Positions 23,158-35,290 of a stretch of DNA of 64,000 bases are shown here, piece by piece. The notes below the pieces were generated by a model that was not told the origin of the DNA, ran no database searches, and saw nothing but the letters and a program-made list of their open reading frames with translations. The stretch is from Antedon mediterranea (Eukaryota > Animalia > Echinodermata): assembly GCF_964355755.1 (NCBI RefSeq), contig NC_092673.1:35585648-35649647 (forward strand), read 5' to 3'. Positions within the stretch are counted from its first letter, which is position 1. Each line of letters opens with the position of its first letter. Made by a program: the position numbers and the translations under genes.

Positions 23158-26100
23158 GAGCCCCCCCCCAATAAAACGGTTGACCAGAGTTTATGGTAAA
23201 TTGTCACTGTCCATTCGTACTTGTATAGATGTAAAGTTCAAGTGTCAATTGACACAACCCTTTTTAAGTAATTGACCTTTTTCATGTTTAACCCTAGTTT
23301 AAAAATAAAATGTCCTCTTTTGTAGAGTTGTAACCTGTATAGAGTTTGAGCGCATTTGTTAGGTACCGGTACTTAATTAAGTTGGGTGGCTCGTTAATTG
23401 ACCTTTTAATGTTTGCATAGAACTCTCACTGTAACCCTAATAATTGATAAACATTTAGTTACAGTCTCTCTTTATCTATATTTGTGAGGTCAGTATACAG
23501 AGAAATAATATAATACCTTAACCACTAAAGATATGTTATTCATGATATTAAGTGAAGGAATATTAATTTTTTATTATTGAATACGTATACAGGTTTAATC
23601 ATAAATGAAATTTAACACAATAAGTGACTATAAACTTATAAAATTGTGTACATTAATTTTTCTCCCTGTCTTGACCATTTTCCCCCGGTCTCGACCATTT
23701 ACTCCAAGTCTCGATAATTTACTTCAAGTCTTGACCAATCCCCTTGACCATAACTAAAGTTTTACACAACTTTTATTAATGGACAGTCTCTCTTTATCTA
23801 TATGTGTGACGTCAGTATACAGAGAAATAATATATTACCTTAACCACTAAAGATATGTTATTCATGATATTAAGCATAAGAAAGTTATTCTTTTTTTTTA
23901 TTATTGAATACGTATACAGGTTTATTCATAAATGAATGTTAACACAATAATTGACTATAAACTTATAAAATGGTGTACATTAATTTTTCTCTCGGTCTTG
24001 ACCATTTGCCACCGGTTTTGACCATTTACTCCAAGTCTTGACCAATTCCCCTTGGCCATAACTAAAGTTTTACACAACTTTTATTATTAGAAAACCCTAT
24101 TCCTAAATGGTTTCCAGTCCACTTGTATTTAAACATTGTATCAGAGAGTTGAAAAATAAGTTCCCTGAACATGTTATGCGATGTGGTCATCATAAGTGTG
24201 TAGACCGCATGGCTTTATCACCAACGAGGATATCACAAGCCGTGGCAACAGATAAGAAGAACAGACGACCGTGTCCACTTTTCAATGTTCAGATCATTTT
24301 CGGCCGATTTTGATGTATGGAAGAGATTATTAATTAGTGGGTTAGGTTCAGCTTATTTAGGTATTGATTGTTTGGAAGTTAGTAGGTTGTTCGTTTTTTG
24401 TTTTTTTTTTTGTTTTTTTTTTATTATTATTGACCCGTTCTGATAACCGTAGAAACACGTCCGAAAAAAAAAAACAAACACATCGTTCGAATTCTCTTTG
24501 GAGAAAGTATCATACACTCAGCAAACAATGTCTACTTGAATGATTGTAGGAATACAGTAGACTTCAAGTCTTCAGTTAATCAGTTATTGTACTGTTATAT
24601 TGGTGTATCGTACATTCGTTTCTTTATCGTTATAATATACTGTTTATTAATAAACTTTTATGTTTCGCATCCTGCATTACAGCTCTTTTAGACCGTTGAC
24701 AAGTCTAAGCTCCTGAGAGGGAAGGCAGAATGCAATCATAGACATAAATCTCAGAATATTAACTTCAATTTTCCGAACTGTTTGAATTACGAACGGCAAA
24801 AGGCCTGTACCTACAATTCAAGAGGGTGTGTGTGTTTGTAAAGTGTAGGCCCTATACTTAAAATACTAAAGTTGATATACCTGCTGGAGGTATTGTTTTT
24901 CGTACGAAAACGATCGCTATGCTGTTTTAGCTGTTAAATGTTTGGTTTGTATTTGTTTCTTAATGGTAATGCCACGTCACATGTACACATCGACATGTAC
25001 ACTTTTATAAGCATGAGTTTAATGTGTGAACTTTTTTTGTAAATTTATTCTATACACTTTTTGTAAAATTATTTCTGTATACTTTTTTTTTAAATAAAAG
25101 CTGTACACCTCGTTTTAAGAATGTCTGGCCAATGTACACTGTACACCTTTATAAGAATTAATTTTTTTTTTTTTGTTAATTTATTCTGTACATTTTTTGT
25201 AAAGTTATTTTTGTACACTTTTTTTATCGAAATAAAATCTGTACACCTTTATTTTCTTAAATTCCAGTAATTTGTTAGTGTTATTGTTTAAATGATTTGT
25301 GAAACTAATTTGTATTGTTTACCGCATGTTACAATATTGATGATCTCCTACAGGTAATGAACCGTTTTAGTGGTTATACTTGTTAACTTTTTAAGCAACA
25401 TCACACTCATTTTAACCAGGAGGAGATAAAATGCAAATAAAACGATTTTTAAAAAGTAAACATAACTACAATTTTTACAAAATATACCAACTACATGGAG
25501 GCCTGCAAACTTTACGAGTATAAACAGGTAATAAACTGTAATAGAGAAACACTATATCGACATTAACATACATAATTATAAACAATGAGTTGGTGTAAAC
25601 CGAGAAAAACACAGGTTACTGTATAACAATGTAAGACAAACTTTTTATCCCCATTATTAATTGTTTTCTCGTGCCGCTATGCAGACTTTAAAAAAAAAGG
25701 TGGGGGGGGGGGGGGGTTATGGTACATTGAGTATAAATCCTTTAGAGTAATATTCGTGTTTGTTATGAGCTGGTAAGAAAAAAAGTAAAGATATAAAGTA
25801 TTTGTGTAAAGATATTACACCTGATGAGTTGAATAATGTGATGTAATAAAATGATGAGTGACTAGCAAAATATATATATCGGTAGATATTTTACAGTAAG
25901 GTACTAGCAGTATGATGCGACGTAATTTGAAACTGCTTTACAATTGGAAACGTTAAACGCGTCTCCTGTGATTTTGTGAAGGAAAAATTTACGTTAATAT
26001 AACTTCGAGACGAAAATGATTTGTTTGGTGTATTTCCTTTTCTTTTGTCTTTGTTTCGTTTATTTATTATTTAACTAGTAGCTCAGATTTGTGATTGGTT

Positions 26101-27397
26101 GATGTTTGTTGCTGCTGTCCGATAGTTATCGTGTTGTAACGTATTCTTCATTGACGTCAGCTGTTCTTGAATGAGAAAACCTTTTAAAAATAGTGACGTC
26201 ATGTTTTGTCTAATATTCCCTGTCGATGATACCTAGCGTCAGTAATAAACCCCTTACTGAGGAATCTTTCATAAAATGGTGCTAGATTAAGGGATGTGAG
26301 AGAGCTATAGGTAACCATCAATAAGAGAACATTTACAAAGAACCGTTAAAAGGCTACAGAGCGAAGACACAGGCCTGTAAAATTGCTAACGAAACAGCGG
26401 AAGATTCATAAAAAAAGTTTTTAAAAAATAGTCGAAAGATAAACATGTAGAAAAAAAAGTAGGCCTTAGAATAACTAATGGAAATAACCTGTTTGTAAAC
26501 AAATTTCAATGTTTGGGGTCCGGTTGAATGTCTAGCTTTTCTGTTTTTCTGTTAAAATGTGTTAAGTGTAAAGAAAATACAATTGGCAACCAAAACGTCT
26601 TTCTGCCTTCAAATTATGATCGACCTGTGTTTGCAATTATGATAAAAGTAATATTAAATAATACGCAGACATCTATTATTTCTCACCATTGAATTCAAAA
26701 TTTATTTACAATACCACTTACAGTAAAACTACTGTAGATCTACATGGTCTTTATTGTAATAATATTAATCACACATATTTAGATAACTTATCGATACATG
26801 TACGAAATATATGTTTGTTATTATTAGTGTTATTAGGCCTATAACGATTCTTTTAATCTACCAGTCCGTTTCCTACGTTACGACATCATTTATCCGTTTC
26901 AAGTACCTGTTTCTCTTGAAATTACTAACTAAACGGTTAAAACGCTTTAAAGAAAAACTTGCACACTTGTTAAAAACATAAGAAACTGTTACATGTATTT
27001 ATAACAATTAGAAATACAATACAATTTACTTTTAAGAGATTATTTAATTTTTATCCACACAATGGGAAACAATCACATGAATATTAACGATCAATGGAAT
27101 TAGGTATAGATCTAAGTGAATTTCAATACAATAATACAGCTATTTGTTTCGTAAAGTTAATAATTATCCACACAATGACAAACAATCACATTATTATTAA
27201 CGATCAATGGAATTAGCCCTATATCTAAGTGAATTAACTTCAATACAATAATACAACCATTTGTAGAAATATCATCACAAAAGTAATTTAACTGGTACTA
27301 CTACACTATATGAGAACAGATCATGAACAGTTGATGTTCTTGAAATCTGCAATCGCTATTAAAGACTGTTAGGCCTAATGTTTGCGTAAAATTTCTC

Positions 27398-27695
27398 TCA
27401 TCTTTTAATATCTCTAAACGTAAGATTTATTCTTGGTAGCTTGATGGATTGATTTTTAGGCAGTGAATGGTACCAGTACTCATTAGTGGGATAATTCATC
27501 ATTAATAATGTACCGTGTTTAAGATCAACAGTTACTGGTTCAATTATTCTTTTGGGACTCTTACCTCGCGCATCACCATGTCGAAATCTAAACATACGTG
27601 TTTGCCCCAATGATACAGAGGCGATTGGACTAAAGTGATTCATGTCTTTTTCATCATCTTTGTGTTCGCCAATGTAATCACTGCCAGTAGCATAT
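27398..27695 (-). CDS. ALKBH2: Exon 3 of mirror PC4-PC4-ALKBH2
   Basis: Mirror of 18576-18873; identical translation. Confidence 0.94.
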
Positions 27696-27855
27696 CTATA
27701 GAGTAACGACAAAATACAATAGAAAATAAAGTATTTTAACATGAGATTAAAAAAAACCACCCAATTATCCATTGGGGGAGGGGGGATGTATGTAAGTAAA
27801 ATAACACTTGCATAATAGAATTAAAACAAACAAAATAATAAACAAGAATATTTAC

Positions 27856-27998
27856 CGATTGACCAAGACAAAATTGAAGTAATGTCCTGTAACCGTTTTT
27901 AAAAGATCGCGGAGATCTTTCAGGAATGGTGGCCACGGTAAAGCTGGTACTGTATTGCCTGAATATTTGTAAGTTAAGCCCGAATCGCCAAACGAAAC
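27856..27998 (-). CDS. ALKBH2: Exon 2 of mirror PC4-PC4-ALKBH2
   Basis: Mirror of 18273-18415. Confidence 0.92.
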
Positions 27999-28217
27999 CT
28001 ACAGAGGGGAAAACCATACATTACATAGTAATTTAAGAATCTTATTTGGCGAGATGTAAATGAACACGCCCAAATAAAATCATTTACAGTAAAAGAGTAA
28101 ATTACACATATAGCTACCCAGCGGTAAATAAAGAAAAACAAAGGAAACGATATAGGCCTACAAGTAATTAACAAGTCATTAATACAAAACCACGGATAAA
28201 AACATAATGGAACTAAC

Positions 28218-29099
28218 CTGTTTTCTAGGAATATTAAACCACTTTCCGTACACTTTCACCTTTGCAAGATCACCGGTAAAATAGTCAATCTCTTCCTCAC
28301 ATTTTTTAAACAATGTATCGGCTGTTCCTTTATCAAGAAGTTGAAGGTAATCACAATCTAAATTTTCCCCTGTTATCTTTTGCACAGATAACCCATCAGG
28401 GGATAGCAATTGTTGCTCTGAATTGAATAAACGTCCTCCGTTATCGTTTTCGTCACCACCACCATCGACGGTAACCGCATTATCATTATCAACCTCTTCA
28501 ATCATCTTTTGAATTTCACCGTGTTGTTCAATTAACTTGTACCACTGTCTCTTTGGAAGGTTTATACCTTTTTTGCCGGGTTTAAACTCGCCTCCTTCTT
28601 CGGCCTGGTAACAATGGCGAATACATACAAACTGCTCTTCTTTCCAGCTACTAACTACCACATGTAGTATGTCCGAAAGTGGGATTCTTACTGCTTCCAC
28701 CAAGTTAATGTCTCTTTGCAAGTCGGCTAGGGCTTGAAGAATTAAATCAATATTGGTAAAAAGTTTTTGCCACAGCAGAACGGGTAAATTAATACCTAGA
28801 GGTCCAGGTTTGAAGGCACCATTTTCTTCCGTTTGATAAAATTCTCTAAGGCATACATAAACAACTTCACCCCAGCGCTGGGCCACTACATGGCGTTTTT
28901 CAGACAGAAAAATCCGATTCGTTGAAGTTATTGGAATCTTTGGTTCACCACCGGTCATTTCGGCATAATCCATGGCGCTAATTCCTGAGGCAGAGTGAAA
29001 TGATTTTTTACTTGTTGACGGCTTCGCTGCTTTACTCAAATCGTTTGTTTGACCGTTGAAAAATGTTCTAGGATCCAATAACTTCGAGGAGGTAGTCAT
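28218..29099 (-). CDS. Exon 1 of mirror PC4-PC4-ALKBH2
   Basis: Mirror of 17172-18053; identical translation. Confidence 0.92.
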
Positions 29100-29302
29100 C
29101 GTTGGTACTTTAAAACTGCGTTTGAATCAGCTCCGATATATATACAGTTGAGTACGGAAGTACCTTTTTAAAAGTAATTAGCCTAAAGCGTTGTTAATTG
29201 TTTTTCCTATCAATTGTCTCCCTACAACGCGTGCGGCTTAAAGCATTGTTAACTGTTTGTTTTCCGGTCAATCGTTTTTCCGTGGCACGTGCGAAACACG
29301 TT

Positions 29303-29854
29303 TTAGATATCCTCACACAATAACTTATACAGGTTCTCTGAATTACTCAAGGTATTTACGAGAAAGTAAACAAAATGTCTATACCGTGGTAATGAATATT
29401 CCTCGTACTTATTCATCTCGCTGTACACGGTATCGTCTGTAACATACTCTTTATCCAGAACCTCCCGATAAAAATAATCAATCTGTTCTTCTGGAGATTT
29501 CATTAAACAGAAGTCATGATCTTTTTGACCAGGCCTATCAAATTCGCAACCATAACAAGCCGCTTTACTTAACATCCAACACATGTTTAACATTTGAGAA
29601 ACAAACACTTCTCTGGCTAAATATTCCAATTTCAATAAAAATTCTCTCTCCACCTCATCTACGTACGTAAATATACAACTTGTAGCCCGGCTACCCCTCT
29701 CATCTCCTTCATCAACACCGGCGGGTACACCCTCATTGGTCCGCATGTACCGATCACCGATATCGTTACCTGTAACAACAGTCTCCTCATCATCGCTAAT
29801 AATTATAACTGTATCTACACAGCTACCTAACGAAAAATCTATACTTCCAGACAT
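29303..29854 (-). CDS. Mirror copy of the 183-aa Cys/His protein
   Basis: Identical translation to 16417-16968. Confidence 0.75.
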   Translation of the reverse strand: MSGSIDFSLGSCVDTVIIISDDEETVVTGNDIGDRYMRTNEGVPAGVDEGDERGSRATSCIFTYVDEVEREFLLKLEYLAREVFVSQMLNMCWMLSKAACYGCEFDRPGQKDHDFCLMKSPEEQIDYFYREVLDKEYVTDDTVYSEMNKYEEYSLPRYRHFVYFLVNTLSNSENLYKLLCEDI

Positions 29855-30697
29855 AGCGAAATACTGTAACTCTACGATAAAATAGACGAAACAACTGGAA
29901 AGGTCACAAAAAGCAGTCCCTCTTCTTACAATGTCTAAAGAGAAACGGCTCTAAAATATAAAAAACAAAACTATTGTACCAAACAAAAAGAACAATGAAC
30001 AAAAGAAATTAGGAAATACTAAACAAAAGAGACCTATGCAATGGTCAAACCGCCTAAAAATAACAATAGCAATCCTCAAACAAAGAACTACCTTCACTAA
30101 TATATTTTAACCCAGGCCAAAACGAAAACCCCGCCAAAATAACAAACCCCCTTCTCTAACAAAGAATGACCTTTCGCTAATTAATATTACAATAACAGGA
30201 AATTAAACAATAGAAAATAATATATACCCTGGGGATATGACATTCCTTTCCGGTCTGGTACAAAGAGTGACCTTTCACTAATTATTATTACAATACCTGG
30301 AAATTAAACAATAGAAATATGAAATATACCCCGGGGGTATGACCTTCTATTCGGGTCTGGAATACTCCTGCCCTGGGGGTATGACCTTTCATTCGGGTCT
30401 GTATTCCCTTATATACTACTAGCGCTTTTCTAACAAAATCAACGCGCACACAATAAAAAAATTCTACGTATAGAATTACACACAAAATAAATATACTATA
30501 GCATGAGTGTATCTTGTACGAGATCTTGTACCTCCCTGATTTAACGTATATGTATGTAACGATTCTCTCTGTAAGCACGAAATATATAGTAATTAATACA
30601 TTTTTTCAAGAGAATACATCCCGTAGTGATTTCCAGCCAATTTTCTTACCAATATGGCATGTATAATACGGGTTTTTTCTCAGACGGAATGTTAATA

Positions 30698-31039
30698 ACA
30701 AGCACGAATGTGCAATAACTCGGGGTACAGCGAAAGAAGCTGTAATGACGTCATAAGACCGGATGTAACGTCACATACACATCAATAACCGCGCTTCCAA
30801 ATACGGCTATACGGTACCATCTTCGAGACGTGATATGGCTGCATCCGGTTTGAAATTAAAAAATCCGGCTCTATAGCTTTGAGGACATGTCCCTGTAGTA
30901 TATTCATGCTAAATCCGAGCTCAATACTACAACGAATAAGGGAGGAGTAGTACTTTATAAATCGCACTTTTTGCTCAATAGTGTCCGGATGGAAGAAGAA
31001 GAGGAAAAGATGAGAGTCCTAGACTCAGGTACCCCGAGT
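30698..31039. mobile_element. HINE-like element, copy 3
   Basis: Near-identical to 4594-4932, with the same downstream flank. Confidence 0.65.
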
Positions 31040-31095
31040 AATAAAACGAGATATACTCTATATCATATTACGTATACAGTATATTTCACCATAAA

Positions 31096-31600
31096 GTTAT
31101 CCTTTGTTTGTAAATCACTTATTGGAACGGTTGATTGTAGTAGTGTTCGTCAATCTTTAGTTGTTAATGGCCGTCACCTTGATACACTTAAGTTCATTCA
31201 TCACTATGCTCGAACCAATTGTCTTCATCATTCCGCTATTAATATATTCCCTAGGTTGTGGGAAGAATTACCGGAAATGATTAAAAATTCTTTAATTTTA
31301 GACAGTTTTCAAATATTTTTAAATTCACTTAAATCACATGTTTTATATTGACTTTGTTGAATCGACTATTATGTATTTTATCCGTTTATTTTATATTGAC
31401 ACTGTTGATTCGTCTATTTGTTTTTTAAATATTTTTATATAGTTTATTTTATATCATTGTTGTTACTTTGGGAGTACGGAACCTGAACTCTTGTTATAGT
31501 GATTAGGTTCACTTTTAGGTTCCTGCCTACTCCCTTAGTTTCTGTGTTTTGTTTGTTTGTAACTGGTTTTTGGCAATAAATAATAATAATAATAATAATA
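31096..31600 (+). mobile_element. 3' fragment of the CR1-type LINE found at 41952-48666
   Basis: Encodes SFVCKSLIGTVD...KSHVLY* identically, then 3'UTR and (TAA)n tail; empty site GTTA|AAGAAAAATAGG at ~4991 and ~33543. Confidence 0.93.
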
Positions 31601-31610
31601 AAGAAAAATA

Positions 31611-31681
31611 GGTTTCGCCAGGGCTCGAACCGGTTCCTTCTGCGTGTTAAGCAGACTTGACAACCACTACACTACGAAACC
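31611..31681 (-). pseudogene. tRNA-Val(AAC)-like copy
   Basis: Paralog of 5005-5076; anticodon arm TCTGC-TTAACAC-GCAGA. Confidence 0.7.
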
Positions 31682-31902
31682 TACTTACACTAAAAATGTG
31701 GGTTACAGAAAGTTTTTTAATCCATTTAAATTACAAATAAATATGGTAATAAGCACAAAGCAAAATAAACATGTGTAAAAGTGATAATTACCGATTACGC
31801 AAAATAAGTATTTTAAAAAATAATAAAAATAAGATATAGGCCTACTGTGTATAATTATCATATTGCGTATACAGTACTTTTCACTATAAAGTTTTAAAAA
31901 AA

Positions 31903-31974
31903 GCCTTCACCCGGGCTCGAACCAGGTACCTTCTGCGTGTTAAGCAAACGTGATAACCACTACGCCAAGAAGCC
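31903..31974 (-). pseudogene. Degenerate tRNA-Val(AAC)-like copy
   Basis: Paralog of 5291-5362. Confidence 0.65.
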
Positions 31975-31979
31975 GAATA

Positions 31980-33408
31980 TCTATATTATAAGTGAGAGAG
32001 TTTGTCTGTTTGTCTGTCTGTTTGTTTGTTTGTTTGTCTGTTTGTTCGTTATACAAATTTTTGTTACTGCACGTAATCTTACATATGGGGTATCAAAATG
32101 ACCGCAATTGTACCGGGAATGTTCTAAGCTATATTTCAACATCATCCGCAACCTAGGATCCATGTTAGGGACCAAAATGTGGTCAAAACCCCCACTTTCG
32201 ATGTTTGTTCGTTATACAAATTTCTGTTTCTGCACGTAACCATACGTATGGGGTATCAAAATGATGGCAATTGTACCCGGAAGGTTTTAAACTACATTTA
32301 AAAAAATTCCCCCGAATTCTGGGGTTTTTGTGGGAGGGGTGGGGGGGGGGGGTGGTGTGGTGGTTTGTGATGTCATTTTTTGCTAGGGCTCGGGGTTGTA
32401 GGCTATCGAATTGTAAAATTATACTACAAAAGTTTTACAGTATTTGAATTATCCTCAGCAAGGCGTATATAGATTTACATATTTTATTCATTAACCAATA
32501 TGACACCTATTCATTTACACATTTAGCAAAGTACTTTAAGCATATCTAGCTATGTATCGGTATCTTGGATTTTCTCATTACAGACATCCATTCCTGTGTG
32601 AACATACAAACGTTGTTTACTGTTACTGTGTTCAACTACATCACGATGCCTCCAAGAAAAAAACGTCCATTGTGGGAGAATGGGGTTGGGAGTTGTGGTT
32701 CAGGGGATAGTGGGGTTTTGCGTAGACCAGAATTGTGTTTGGAAAATATTAAAGTATTTAATTATTCCTGGGAAGCGGCTGGGAGTTTGGGGTGGGGATG
32801 CAGGCCTATCACCATTACCGAAACTGTATTTGGAATGTTTTAAACTACATTTGAAAACTGCCACTGAGGGATTATGGGTTGGGAGTGATAATAACATAAT
32901 TTGTACTGGAACCGTCTTCAACACATCACCCAGTGTATCTGGGGTGTGTTTGTAGGGGGAGGTAGAAGAGCGAAAATACTGGCGTAATGAAGTAGCCTAT
33001 TTGCTTGAAATTGTACTAGGAAAAGTTACTATATTTGAACTGTCTAGGGGAGGAGTTAAGGTTTGTTGATTGTGGCTGGGGTGGTGAGAGGAGAAAGAAG
33101 GCTGGGGGCCCGCAGTATCTAAATTAGACATTTTAATTATCAGCCAATATGACACCTATTCATTTACACAATTTCCAACGTACTTCAACCATTATTAGAC
33201 CCATCATAGCTATGTATACTCCTCTCATTTTGAAGCTTACGTTGAATTGAATTTGTCCACCACTGGGAAGAATTTGTTTTTAAAAAAGAGTATGGGGTGG
33301 TATTGAAGAAGGGTGGAGGTTGGTGAGTATAGACAGATACTGGCGTCGGGTGTTGAGAAGGCTTTAAACTAATTTTGAAACCCGCCCTGGGGCGGGTATA
33401 ATTGCTAG
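31980..33408 (+). mobile_element. Non-autonomous Helitron
   Basis: 5' TC, (GTTT/GTCT)n, 3' hairpin ACCCGCCC-TG-GGGCGGGT then CTAG; inserted between A and T with no TSD; empty site at ~5367. Confidence 0.9.
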
Positions 33409-33556
33409 TAACTACATAACGCTGTGGTGTGTGTCACACATTGTGGCTTTTTAATTAAACAAATTAATTAACAAACAAGCACGAATGTGCAATACTCGGG
33501 GTACAGCGAAAGAAGCTGTATACAGACGTATACAGTTAGAAAGTTAAAGAAAAATA

Positions 33557-33627
33557 GGTTTCGCCAGGGCTCGAACCGGGACCTTCTGCGTGTTAAGCAG
33601 ACTTGACAACCACTACACTACGAAACC
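33557..33627 (-). pseudogene. tRNA-Val(AAC)-like copy
   Basis: Paralog of 5005-5076, 1 nt shorter. Confidence 0.7.
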
Positions 33628-33839
33628 TCTTACATTAAAAATGTGGGTTACAGAAAGTTTTTTAATCCATTTAAATTACAAATAAATGGTAATAAGCACA
33701 AAGCAAAATAAACATGTGTAAAAGTGATAATTACCGATTACACAAAATAAGTATTTTAAAAAATAATAAAAATAAGATATACTCTGTATAATTATCATAT
33801 TGCGTATACAGTACTTTTCACCATAAAGTTAAAAAAAAA

Positions 33840-33911
33840 GGTTTCGTCCGGGCTCGAACCAGGTACCTTCTGCGTGTTAAGTAAACGTGATAACCACTAC
33901 GCCAAGAATCC
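33840..33911 (-). pseudogene. Degenerate tRNA-Val(AAC)-like copy
   Basis: Paralog of 5291-5362. Confidence 0.65.
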
Positions 33912-34139
33912 GCATATAACCATATAACTACATAACGCTGTGGTGTGTGTCACACATTGTGGCTTCTTAATTAAACAAATTAATTAACAACAAATTAAAA
34001 ATCCGGCTCTATAGCTTTGAGGACATGTCCCTGTAGTATGTTCATGCCAAATCCCAGCTCAATACTATAACGAATAAGGGAGGAGTAGTACTTTAAAAAT
34101 CGCGCTTTTTACTCAATAGTGTCCAGATGGAGGAAGAGG

Positions 34140-35268
34140 AGTCCCCTTTTACACTATCACTGTAACAGCGGTGTAACCCCGCAGTTGTTAGTACACCGGG
34201 TCGTTAAACGCCGGTGTTGTGGTTTTTATTGACTGGTGTAAATGGGAAAATCCAACCACCCCGGTGTGGTCTTCCCGGGGTGAAACGAAGCTGAATGTTT
34301 TCCGGTGTACCTTCTCCGGTGTAGTCGAATCTACACCGGGGACAAGAAGTGTAAACGGTTTTTGTGGTTCAACACCGAGCTGTTAAAGGTCATTGACGTG
34401 AAAATGTAACATTTTGTCACAGAAATACAATATATTATGCGAACAAAATAGGTTTTTTGCTTAAAATACACCCTTTTTGCTTAAAATAATAATTTTACGA
34501 TATATTGTGCTGTTCGTTATTTTATTATTTATTTATTTATATTTAAAGGCAAAAACAAATTTGTGATTTTTTTTTCTGCTGAAAATATTGAAATTTTTCG
34601 TGTGCATTCTACCTTACCAGAAAGCCTAAAATAATGTAATATTTGTGTAACTCTACCCTGGCCGATTCTATATGTAGGCCTAATTATTGAAAAAGAGAAA
34701 AATATATATAATACTGACGTCTTTAGGAACTGAAAAAGTAGGCCTACCATATAATAATTTTCCTTCATTGATACATTGTTATGCTAATTAACAAATACAT
34801 TTTTATTTTAAATACTTACCGTACCTACCCTATTTTCACGCCAACCTAACAATTTAAGGCCTATTTGTACGTACAGTCTACAAGGCGGAAATGCAGTCAT
34901 TTTAAAAATAAAAATAATTGTTAGGCCCTAATTTTTAAATAATAAATGATAATCTTAATAGCCACAAAGAAAATATAACACTGGACGTGACATTCAAAAT
35001 TAAATAAATTGTGTGTAAATTCGGATTATTATGTTTTTATATGAGATTTGTCGATATGTTCCAGTATTTTAACATTTAAACCATTAGTCAGTTAAGTTCC
35101 ACGTGTGCGCTTGCAATAGTGATTTGATTGACAGCACCGGGGTGATCGATGTAGTGTAAATGGGCGCAACTCGAGTTCATCTCGCAGTTTTTTTGGCTAG
35201 TGTAAATGGAAATTGCCTCCGAGTTCAACTCGTGTTCCTCTCTCAGTCGATAGTGTAAAAATGGTACT
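34140..35268. mobile_element. MITE, possibly PIF/Harbinger-like
   Basis: Imperfect TIR AGTCCCCTTTTACACTATC / GATAGTGTAAAAATGGTACT; repeated GTGTAAA and CACCGG subterminal motifs; absent from other HINE copies. Confidence 0.65.
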
Positions 35269-35290
35269 AGACTCGGGTACCCCGAGTAAA

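Larger units (their letters stand above)
15851..30420. mobile_element. Non-autonomous, fully palindromic Maverick/Polinton-like element (14,570 bp)
   Basis: Termini AGTAGT...ACTACT; AGCGCT at 15845-15850 and 30421-30426; mirror ORF coordinates sum to 46271; outer flanks unrelated; no pPolB, integrase, ATPase or capsid ORF. Confidence 0.82.
23181..30420 (-). repeat. Right arm of the giant inverted repeat
   Basis: Reverse complement of 15851-23114. Confidence 0.98.
33475..35287. mobile_element. HINE-like copy 4, rearranged around a tRNA-like pair and interrupted by a MITE
   Basis: HINE pieces at 33475-33520, ~33996-34139 and ~35267-35287. Confidence 0.6.

Noticed and set aside
15851-30420. 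Giant palindrome as a sequencing or assembly chimera
   Set aside because: It ends at transposon-type termini with a 6-bp duplication, has unrelated outer flanks, and the arms differ near the apex. Not fully excluded without reads.
30971-31351. 126-aa ORF
   Set aside because: Chance fusion of HINE sequence with a LINE 3' fragment.
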